From Yuukianura sp. NJ FZ-2021 (Eukaryota), in contig CM102289.1 in NCBI GenBank assembly GCA_046563655.1, positions 7,440,001 through 7,504,000 on the forward strand: a stretch of 64,000 bases of DNA, in the 5' to 3' direction. A model generated the notes under the pieces. That model ran no database searches, was not told where the DNA came from, and worked only from the letters and a program-made list of their open reading frames with translations. The translations under genes and the position numbers were made by a program. Positions within the stretch are counted from its first letter, which is position 1, and every line of letters starts with the position of its first letter. Below, piece by piece: positions 13,998-25,716 of this stretch.

Positions 13998-14866
13998 GGA
14001 ATTTTTTAAATTTCCATAAAAAAGGAAAATGCACTGTAGTGAATTTGTTAGCCTAATCCTGACTTTTTCCAAAAATCCTTCTGTAGAAAGTTAGAAGGTG
14101 TGATGGTGTTTTTAAAAATCAATACTTTGGAATTTTTTAAATTTCCATAAAAAAGGAAAATGCACTGTAGTGTATTTGTTAGCCTAATCCTGACTTTTTC
14201 CAAAAATCCTTCTGTAGAAAGTTAGAAGGTGTGATGGTGTTTTTAAAAATCAATACTTTGGAATTTTTTAAATTTCCATAAAAAAGGAAAATGCACTGTA
14301 GTGTATTTGTTAGCCTAATCCTGACTTTTTCCAAAAATCCTTCTGTAGAAAGTTAAAAGGTGTGATGGTGTTTTCAAAAATCAATACTTTGGAATTTTTT
14401 AAATTTCCATAAAAAAGGAAAATGCACTGTAGTGAATTTGTTAGCATAATCCTGACTTTTTCCAAAAATCCTTCTGTAGAAAGTTAGAAGGTGTGATGGT
14501 GTTTTTAAAAATCAATACTTTGGAATTTTTTAAATTTCCATAAAAAAGGAAAATGCACTGTAGTGAATTTGTTAGCCTAATCCTGACTTTTTCCAAAAAC
14601 CCTTCTGTAGAAAGTTAGAAGGTGTGATGGTGTTTTTAAAAATCAATACTTTGCAATTTTTTAAATTTCCATAAAAAAGGAAAATGCACTGTAGTGAATT
14701 TGTTAGCCTAATCCTGACTTTTTCCAAAAACCCTTCTGTAGAAAGTTAGAAGGTGTGATGGTGTTTTTAAAAATCAATACTTTGGAATTTTTTAAATTTC
14801 CATAAAAAAGCAAAATGCACTGTAGTGAATTTGTTAGCCTAATCCTGACTTTTTCCAAAAATCCTT
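13998..14866. repeat. Tandem array, 131-bp unit, about 6.6 near-identical copies
   Basis: Unit starts (ggaattttttaaatttccataaaaaaggaaaatgcactg...) at 13998, 14129, 14260, 14391, 14522, 14653, 14784; few substitutions between copies. Confidence 0.97.
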
Positions 14867-15096
14867 TTATCCATTCCGATTGCCGAAATTCATGGAGAAC
14901 AGTACTTCTTTATTTATAAAACCATGGGAACTAGAAATGCAAGTGTACCGAGACGTTAGTTGACGACAGCTTGACTTTCTGGGGTGGAACGTTTACATTC
15001 TATTGGTAGTAGAAAGCATTGAAAACAGTACTTAGCTTGTTATTATTAAGTCATGTGAAATAATTTTCCAACTAAATTTCTAAAATTTCCACCTTA

Positions 15097-15280
15097 GGCG
15101 TTTTGAAATTTGGAATTTTGCTTGCGTTATACTCAAAACTTCCACCTACATTTATAGCGTTTTGAAATTTGGAATTTCGCTTTGATTTATTATACTCTAA
15201 ATTTCCATCTAAATTTCTAGCGTTTTGAAATTTGGAATTTTGCTTGTTTTATAGTCTAAATTTCTAGCGTTTTGGGAATT
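15097..15280. repeat. Degenerate tandem repeat (about 47-63 bp, 3-4 copies) related to the 36.4-37.1 kb array
   Basis: Recurring gcgttttgaaatttggaattt...ctaaatttcta. Confidence 0.75.
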
Positions 15281-15653
15281 TTTTTCATAAGTCAATCAGT
15301 ACGTAAAGTACGGAAGTCCATGATCTCCTCAGTAGTCTTTTACGTCTCCAATGGAAACCAAAATTTTAAATTATACAAAAAAAAAAGTTGTGTGCTTTTT
15401 CTCCACGACGTCTTTCAATTTGGCTGTTCATTTTCTTATTTTCAATTTTTTTTCAAAGTATTTTCAAAATTGTTTGCCCATATCTGTGTTGTAGGGTGAA
15501 CATATAACTCGTAGTACCCCTTTGTCTAGCTATTATTATTTTTCCATTTTTTGTTGTAGTTGTTGTAAGTAAAAAAAAAACTCATACAAATCACCTTTAA
15601 CATTTAGTTTATTAGTTGATTTAGATTTAGGGGTCAATGAATGACACGAGATC

Positions 15654-16622
15654 ATGTCGAAACGTAGAGAAGTTAACATTGGGAGAGGCTTCATGTGCTC
15701 GAATCCATTGTGTCGATATTTTCATCAGAATGCAAGAAATTATGAATTGAACATTCGTCGTGAGAAGCTCAAGCAACTCCTCCGAGAAGAATCGGCGCAG
15801 TACGACAAGGAATTGCGAAATGGACGCATTCGGATTCAACCTCCGAGCGATATTACGAAGGACAAAATGGCAAAGAAACCTTCAGATGATTACAGTTCCA
15901 GAGCAGCCTTTCTGTCCGGAGATGTCGATTCCAGAAGGAAGGAGGAATTGGCCCATTTCTCTGTACTTCCGCTAAGTGTTCCTCAACCTCCAACAATAAC
16001 AATCACCGCTCCACAACTTGACCGTGAACCGCAACAGGCTACGACCGTTTCACAAATTCAGCAAGATGGAATAGCAAAAAATCATAAATTGAACCGTCGG
16101 CGTGAGAAGCTCAAGCAACTCCTCCGAGACGAATCGGCACAGTACGACAAGGAATTGCGAAATGGTCGGATTAGGATTCAAGCTCCGAGCGGTATAACGA
16201 AGAACGAAATGGCAAAGAAACCTTCAGATGATTACAGTTCCAGAGCGGCCTTTCTTTCCGGAGATGTCAATTGCAGAAGGAAGGAGGAATTGGCCCATTT
16301 CTCTGTACTTCCGCTAAGTGTTCCTCAACTAAGACTGGACCACTTCACTAGACCAATGTCCGCTCCACAACCTGACCGTGGACCGGAACAACCTCCTAGT
16401 CCTGTCGTTTCATCAATTCAACAAGGTCAAATAGCACCATCCGTTGCAGCATCAATCCAGCTCCAGCAACTTGCTTCACCCAGATCCGCTCGAAGCAGCC
16501 GTAGCAACAGCAGTGGCGCTAGCAGCATCATGTCTAGCATCGTTACTGGAAACAGAAGGAGGCCAAATCGCAATCATGCCAACTCCCCTCAGCCGGGCCA
16601 GTCTGTCTTTCGATTCTGGTAA
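15654..16622 (+). CDS. Intronless 322-aa protein with an internal tandem duplication; RREKLKQLL-x-EE-xx-Y-xx-EL motif reminiscent of trichoplein/CFAP53
   Basis: Uninterrupted ORF; 15759-15987 recurs at 16101-16329 (offset 342 nt, in frame); AATAAA near 16733. Confidence 0.6.
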   Translation: MSKRREVNIGRGFMCSNPLCRYFHQNARNYELNIRREKLKQLLREESAQYDKELRNGRIRIQPPSDITKDKMAKKPSDDYSSRAAFLSGDVDSRRKEELAHFSVLPLSVPQPPTITITAPQLDREPQQATTVSQIQQDGIAKNHKLNRRREKLKQLLRDESAQYDKELRNGRIRIQAPSGITKNEMAKKPSDDYSSRAAFLSGDVNCRRKEELAHFSVLPLSVPQLRLDHFTRPMSAPQPDRGPEQPPSPVVSSIQQGQIAPSVAASIQLQQLASPRSARSSRSNSSGASSIMSSIVTGNRRRPNRNHANSPQPGQSVFRFW

Positions 16623-17389
16623 ACATTCCACAGGGTAAACTACCTTAAAATTTCAGAGACAATACTCTTATTAGTTGTAACATTTTTACAATATTTTCAA
16701 AATTTTTCACAGCAGTATTTTCATAATCTCGTAATAAATAAGAAGTACCTCAATGCAGAAGATTGTTGCATCGTGTTTCAGAAATCTGGTAATAATGTCT
16801 AAATTAATGTCTTTTTACTATTTACAGTTCCATTGACAGTGGGTTTGATTTTCTATTTCAATTTTCGTAGATTATCTAATGTCAAGTCAAAGGTCAAGGT
16901 CACGTTAATAGCTTACAATTAGTTTAAGGCGGACGCTGATGCCCAAGTACGCCTGCGTGCCTGTCAGTGTATGTGTAATGTGTATAGTGAGGAGGGGCGG
17001 ATATTCATTTCTATCCTTGGGTTTTTTGACAGTACAAGGAGTAAATCAGAAATTCATTTGTCATTTGTTTTTAGTAAGCAGTGGAGTAGAAAAAGAGACA
17101 CTGAACTAACGTTAACGTGAAATGCCATTAATTGAAGCTCGCTAATTGCTTGAATTAAGCTACGGTTCAGCGAACTGCTTGTGTATTAGGTTTGTCAGCG
17201 GCCAAAACAGGTAACGGAGAAAGGGAGTTACTGATGTATGTCAGTGTATTTAGCACCTTATTTCCAAATTTAGTTCAAACGTTTACGATTACTAATGTAT
17301 TTGTCACTGATCTTGAATAGGTGGGTGCGTATTCCATTTGGGCCGCGGTTGGAGGCAAGGGAAACGATTAACGAAGTAGAAAATAGTGA

Positions 17390-19207
<1,818 letters not shown>

Positions 19208-20270
19208 AATCTTATTCAATGAATCTTGACTAAATCGGTGGTTTCCTCCTTTTGTCTCACAAGGTAGTAGTACCAATCAGGCCATTTTCCGTAGAATTAA
19301 GTGTCTAGAAACCAGAATCACGTTATTCCACTTCTATCAATTACAAAGACAATGAAGTTAATGACATTAGTATAGAACATATTTAACAAGCGAAAACTTA
19401 TTCAATTATTATTCAGTCCAGACAAAAGTAAAACACCAGGACGGTCGGTCGTGACCATAGTGGATTGGATGGCTTAATTCTAACGGTAAACTTACAGCAA
19501 TCATTTTGGCACAGCAATTGTGAACTCGAGTTCACATTTGCAATGTAAATGATGTTTTTGTACAGTTGGAAAAATTAGCGTGACTCTTTTATATCCTGCC
19601 ATTAGAATTTCCGTAATTCACTTTTTTTTCTATTGTGAATGTGTATTTTGAGGTCAATGTCAAACAAAACTTATTGCATTTCAACTTCATAACCATCCAG
19701 GATTTGCATGTCACTGGTACTGACGCACCGTCAGTGACAAAGGCAACAGGAGAAGGCAACTCACTTTTGTCATTTGAGCATCAGTATCAACCTGTAGTTT
19801 TCCAGAATTCATATAAGGGACGATGATCTGGAGAGATAATTGGACAAGTTATCTTCCACTTTCCAGCATAAGCCTGTCTTCAAATCACGTCCAAACCGAC
19901 TAACTTACAATTGCCGACTTTAATGTACGGAGAGTTTTGTAATAACGTTATCTTCCAGTTGAAATGTTTCTACACTGTCTAGCATCTCATGTGCTCGTGT
20001 CATTAACTTTTATAAACAGTTGAGAATAGTCAAGCATTTCTGAGAAGTTATAAAACCTATTATCTTTCCGAAGACAAAGTACTAAAACCGGACCAAAAGC
20101 AACTGTTTCAATAATTTCTTTTGCTGTTTCCAAGAACACGGATATCTTTTCGCATTTGAGTTGTCCAGAACACTGGCGTCACTTCGACCAAACTATAGCA
20201 TTAGGTACTGCTGCGACCAACTGTGGGAAGTATTTGGGACACTTCTGGAAGTTAATTAACTGGAGCCACG

Positions 20271-21930
20271 ATGGTAACTGGTGGATACAATGTGACAACG
20301 CCTGGAAGAGCAGCTCCGACAATTGCTTCGACAATACTTCCAGAAGAAAATGGCGGCAATTGCTTACTCGGACTTATTCAGAGACACTACAGGTAAACAT
20401 TCCTCAACCTTAACTTAATTAAACTAACTTGAAGTTGAGTAGTAACTCTATCCAATTGTTTCTTAATTTTTCAGTATTCAAGTCAAGACCAAAAGTGACC
20501 AAGAAATTGAAAGTGACAAGTGGCTACTGCGGAAGTACATCCGATTTAACCGTTGGTTCTCCATGCCAGCAGCATTCATCATCCAATTCTGCTGCGGATC
20601 TCTCTATACCTGGAGTGTCTTCAACAAACCAATTGATCAGCTGATGTACGGGTACAACGCCAACGTTGCTCCAATTACATTCTACGTTGCTATTGGTTTC
20701 TACGGATGTGCAGCAGGGTTAGCCGGTCCCTGGCTGGAACGAAATGGACCGAAGTACGCCTGTCTGGTGGGAGCAAGTATCGTGTTTATTGGAAATCTTA
20801 TTGCAAGTCTTGGATTGTACTTGAGACTGATGTCACTCGTGTTTCTGGGATATGGAGCCTTCGTTGGCGCCGGATTTGGGATTTGCTACATTTCGCCAGT
20901 ATCGGCTCTCCAGAAGTGGTTTCCAGACATGCGCGGACTGGGAGCCGGATTTGCAACGTGTGGATTCGGAGCTGGATCGATCGTGATTGCCAGAATGCAG
21001 CTACCGTTAATTGAAATGATTGGACTTCCATTGACATTTGTGGCCCTCGGTGGCCTGTTCTTCATACTCATGACTACGTCAGCCCTTGTCCTGCGCACTC
21101 CACCACCAAACTACTGTCCAAAAACGTCAGAGATCTCCAGTTCTCCAGCGAATTGCGCTACTTCAACATGTCCAGCAAAAAATGGCAGCTTGCCGTTAGA
21201 ATTGCCAGTGACAGGAATACTAAATACTGCCAACCAACATTCTGGAAACTCAGAAATGTCACTTCTGGAAGCTCTGACCTCAAAAGATTTAAGAATCATG
21301 TTGATCATGTTCCTGGGCGACATTGCATTTGGACTCGTCTTGGCAGCACGACTTGCCAACATTATTATCGACGTTTTTGACAAAACTCCGGAACAAGCCG
21401 CTACGGTCGTATCGGTCAACGGCGGGGTCAACTTCATTGGTCGCCTACTCTTCTCCATTGTGTCAGACTTCGTGGGACGCAAGTACTGCTTCATCATATT
21501 TCTGACATCACAAGTCATCGTTCTCGGCTTGTTTTCAACAATGACCAATGAAAAAATGTTCATTGCCTTTTGGATTTCAATTTCAATTGCCACTGGAACT
21601 TATGGAGCAGCCTTTGGAGTACTGCCAGCTTTTTTAACGGATAAATTCGGACCGACGAATATTGGCGCTTGCCATGGAATTTTCATTGCAGCTTGGGCTG
21701 CTTGTGGAGTCATTGGTGGACTAACGTTTACGTTAATTTTCAATTCATTGATTTCTGCTGGACATAAACCGTCCGATGCCATTTTGTATAATGCCAATGC
21801 ATGGTGGTTGTTTGCTGTTGCAGGTATAGGATGGATTGCAATTCATTTTGTTAAGCCTAGTTCTCAGGATTTACGATTCAAATCTGCTGTTAAAAATTTA
21901 TGTAAACGTATATTTTGTTTTTCCCGCTAA
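20271..21930 (+). CDS. MFS transporter, OFA (oxalate:formate antiporter)/YhjX-like family, 525 aa
   Basis: Exons 20271-20392 and 20475-21930 (phase 2, RHY-S-IQVK). Motifs FNRWFSMPAAFIIQFCCGSLYTWSVFNKPID, GPWLERNGPK, GFGICYISPVSALQKWFPDMRGLGAG..GFGAGS, NFIGRLLFSIVSDFVGRK, YGAAFGVLPAFLTDKFG; about 12 hydrophobic segments. Confidence 0.9.
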
Positions 21931-22428
21931 AAATAAATTCGGATTTATTATTTTCGTCAAGTTTCGGGCACCGAATTGCTACTTTTAAAAAAATTTGTCA
22001 GCTTTTAGTTTTTTTTTTCAGTTTGCGGTTATAGGTTGCATGCTCCTGCTTTCCACGAAATCCGACGTGATTAATTAGTTAATTGACGAGATTAGCTTTC
22101 AGTGTTAAACAAATAACTGTTGATGCATCGAGTATAACTTTGAACTTCACTTGAAGTTTGAACGTTAAGCTGATTCATGTTACTAACAGCAGGAAGTAAA
22201 TTGAAGGATGAATTTTATCTACTAAAGATTAGACAGAGTTAATAGGCATATAAACCTAACAGTAACTCAGCAAAAGTACATCCAGCTTAACTAAAAAAAA
22301 GTTAACTTCACAGTTAATTATATTTTCAAGGAGTCTAGAACTTGCGTTTGCATCTCTAAGCAAATTTTCTGTCAATTTCGAATTTAGTTCAACTTTTTTA
22401 TTTCAAATTCAATCTTAAAGTTCGCACA

Positions 22429-23001
22429 ATGCTAGAATCATCACAGAAGCTGATTGATTCGCTGATTGAATCTTCAGAAGAAGATACAGAAAGGCTCAAG
22501 CGACTTCGACTGGTTACCGAATCCTTTTTGACTGAAGCCCACGCCCGTTTTGAGCATGAGCAGAGTGAGCTCAAGGAAAAGATCAAAATCATCATTGTAG
22601 AAAAGGAGGAACTGCAAAAGGAGTTGAGTGAGCAGCGCAATCACTGTGAAGAACAGCTGAGTGCATTGACCTTGGCCAAGGACGCTGAAATTGAGAAACA
22701 GGCGGGAGAAATTGAGGATTTCAAATCACAACTACGGAAATTGGCAGAGGAAAAGGAAGATCTAGCAGAAAGGATGCGCAGCGCAAGCGAAGATTTCAAA
22801 AAAGAACTAGAAGAACTCAAAGAATTGAATGGAAAGGCACTGGGAGATGCAGAGTCTAAAATTTCCGAACTGCAGGTCAAATGTGATCATTTAGAAAATG
22901 AAGTTCAAAATTTGAAGGCACAAAATGCTGGACTCAAAGCCAGGATTCAAAAAATCAAAAATGAGGAAGAAGTTTCCAGCAGTTCATCGGATGACGACTA
23001 A
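22429..23001 (+). CDS. Single-exon coiled-coil protein (190 aa), unknown function
   Basis: ATG-to-TAA ORF, E/K/L-rich heptad pattern, acidic Ser-rich tail SSSSSDDD. Confidence 0.6.
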   Translation: MLESSQKLIDSLIESSEEDTERLKRLRLVTESFLTEAHARFEHEQSELKEKIKIIIVEKEELQKELSEQRNHCEEQLSALTLAKDAEIEKQAGEIEDFKSQLRKLAEEKEDLAERMRSASEDFKKELEELKELNGKALGDAESKISELQVKCDHLENEVQNLKAQNAGLKARIQKIKNEEEVSSSSSDDD

Positions 23002-23556
23002 AATAAGTTTGCAATCAAATATTTCTCGTCTACGTTGTATGTTGCTGACGTTTGGAGCTTTCCCGACTTGATTTAAATATTGATAAAGTATGCATAGTAT
23101 GTTGTGAAGCCTAATTAAAATTAACACTAATTTATGGTGTTTACCTTTTAGTACATTTATTTCAAAAACTTACGACGCTTTTTTAGTTTCATGGAAAATT
23201 TTTCTCATGCTGCTGATGCCGATTGCTGATAGAAATGCAAAACTCAAGGTCTTTAGACGTAAATCCATCTCAGCACTTAAGTTAAAACGCAAGGTCATAA
23301 ATAAAATTAATTAGATGTCATGTAGAACATGAACAAGTTTTTTTTATGGGAGTAAGTTTGGTTGTGTAGGAAAATCTTCTCCGTAAAAGATGTAAAATTC
23401 GATATCAGCTCAGTTTCAGCTTTTCAGTCGGTTAGTTGCAATAGGAATAGCGAAGCTTCTCACATTTTTCTTTTTTGCAAATTCAAGAGACAACAGCGAC
23501 TGAATTCGTGTAAAAGGCAAGCATATTTGCACTACACATTTTTGGAAAAAAAAAAG

Positions 23557-24814
23557 ATGGCTACTTACATCAGTGATCCAGATATTCGTAAGTAACCCTA
23601 TTATAGTTATGTAAATTTATATAAAAGTATATTTTTATAAGTTCATAATTTTATAAATGGCTTACCGCTACTCAACTTTCATCTCCATTTTGTGTTGTAT
23701 TCTCTAAACGTTTGCAGAAACACACAACGAGTATATGATTGACTATTTGATGAGAGCAATTTCACTTTCCAATGAACCTGAAGTGAAAACAATTCTTGAA
23801 AAAGCAGTGGAAATGGCTACTGGATTGGAAAAGTACTTGGAAAATACTTGTCCAGAAGAAACAGCATTACAGAAACGGTTGCTTGCTGACACACGGGCTG
23901 AACCGTGGGTGGAAAATCATGCAAAAGGACTCTCCTTGTATCCGTATCGTGTCTTTATGATTAACGCAAGACAGTCGAGTAAGCCGGAATTTATTAAATT
24001 CTGAATACTAGTGAAAAAAAGATTTGAATGTTTTCGAAAATGTTGTTCTGGTTTTGAAATTTTTTGAATCTTGTAGCTCAATTTATGAAGACGGTAGCAG
24101 AGGTGGCAAAAGCTGAAAGAATTTTGGAAATTGGAATGTTCACTGGCTACTCCACGGCAATATTTTGTGACACGAAGTGTGTCGTAAGTTTTTGAAATGA
24201 AATGTTCCTTTTTTTTAAAGTTCAGTTTTTTTGATTTGCTTAAAAAACGCATGTATTTTAGAAAAGCGTTACTTGCCTGGAACTTGATCCATTTTTGGCG
24301 AACTTTGTAAATTCACGATTCGCTGGAACAGAAGAAGGGAAAAAATTGCGGATTTTGACCGGTCCAGCACTCGAGTCTTTGCAGAAGTTGAAAAACGCTG
24401 GAGAAACTTTTGATTTGGTTTTTGTCGACGCTGATAAAGGAAACTACATAAACTATTATAAAGTAAGTATTTCTTTAAGTGATTGCTGTATATTTTAGAA
24501 ATCTCAAAAGCACTTTCTTTAGTTTATTATGGACAATGACCTTATTGGGTCAAACGGGATCATCTTGATGGATAACACTCTTTGGAGGGGTGAATTGTAT
24601 CCAAAACCGACTTCAGAATATGGGCAATTTATGTACGACCTCAATGACTATGTCAACAAGGACCCACGCGTCACACAGGTTAAAATTTAACATAAGCGAA
24701 AACGTATTGTGGTATTAGTGCGTTTCAAATTCAAACTTTAATTTAAAAATTTTGTTGCTTTTGTAGGTTATGCTGCAAATTCGTGATGGAATAAGCTTTA
24801 TCCGAAGAAAATAA
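23557..24814 (+). CDS. SAM-dependent O-methyltransferase (COMT/CCoAOMT family, MysB/MdmC-like), 267 aa
   Basis: Exons 23557-23587, 23718-23978, 24077-24183, 24262-24462, 24523-24678, 24767-24814. Motifs ILEIGMFTGYS, LELDP, FDLVFVDADKGNYINYY, MDNTLWRG, DPRVTQVMLQIRDGISFIRR. Confidence 0.93.
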
Positions 24815-25132
24815 ACAACAATGTTTAAAATCACTTAAAGTGTAATAAACTTAACCCACTACAAAAACAATAAATTTTAATTCAACTAAACATACTATAC
24901 TATAAAAAGCAATCTCAATTAATTGTAGTTAATGTGAAATTTTCTCGCATGATTACTTAAAACAACAGCTGTTAATGCTGCCCATATCGGATTATGGTGA
25001 TTTCACACCAAGGTGGTATGTGAAGGGAAGTTTTAGTGAAATGCAACAAACATGAAAGTTGGGGTAAGGCTTAACGACATTAATTGTCGCAGCACAGGGC
25101 ATCCAGCATCCAGCCCTTTGCTACTACAATTA

Positions 25133-25249
25133 GCGGCTACAATATGCGAAACACTACTAGTACTAGTACAATTATGTTGCCACTTAAGGTTAAGTTAAGG
25201 TAAAGTGGCTACATAAGTTACTTATCAGGTCTAGCCGCATATTGTGGCC
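25133..25249. mobile_element. Short fold-back/MITE-like element (copy 1)
   Basis: Nested inverted repeats: ggctacaatatgcg (25135-25148) / cgcatattgtggcc (25236-25249) and ttatgttgccactt (25172-25185) / aagtggctacataa (25203-25216), one mismatch each; related copy at 63692-63784. Confidence 0.55.
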
Positions 25250-25716
25250 AGGCCATCGATGGTCAAGCGGGGACGGACGAGGTGGCTACACTGGGCGGTT
25301 GCAATGGTGGTCTTTATTTCTTACTAGAACCGGAAAGTTGTAAGATTAATGCGTTTGAATTAATTTAATTTTGAAGAAACTTGATTTTAAATTCTTCATT
25401 TTTAAATTTTAATTACTTCACATTAAGTCTTTCACAGAGTTAAAGTCTCTGGAAAATGTTCTCGGTTTGGATGCCTAGCCCTTTGGATGGAATGGTTGAA
25501 TGGTAGGTTAAATTCGGTAGGTGTGTTGAAGCCATTAACGATTTATCGATCGTTAAACTAGTGTTGGAAAGGAATAGAAGGTCAAAAGGAAATTATTCGG
25601 TATGCGGCAAAAATATACTAACATATTTGTATATGTATTTGACTCATATGATTAGAAAATTTAGACTCAAGTTAAACTAAGATTCTCTATAATTTCTAGA
25701 TTTTTACGTCACGAAG

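Noticed and set aside
13998..14866. CRISPR array
   Set aside because: Whole units are near-identical with no unique spacers, no cas genes, and the context is eukaryotic.
15491..16645. hAT-like termini (TAGGGTGAAC, CAGGGTAAAC) around the intronless ORF
   Set aside because: Both lie in the same orientation; no inverted partner or TSD found.
21111..21593. Antisense ORFs over the MFS gene (likewise over AP2M1, the ZNF genes and the helicase)
   Set aside because: Shadow frames of well-supported genes on the opposite strand.
20271..24814. Microbial contamination or an operon-like biosynthetic cluster (MFS + coiled-coil + OMT)
   Set aside because: The MFS and OMT genes have spliceosomal introns and sit among clear animal genes; no core biosynthetic enzyme is present, so a functional cluster is unsupported.
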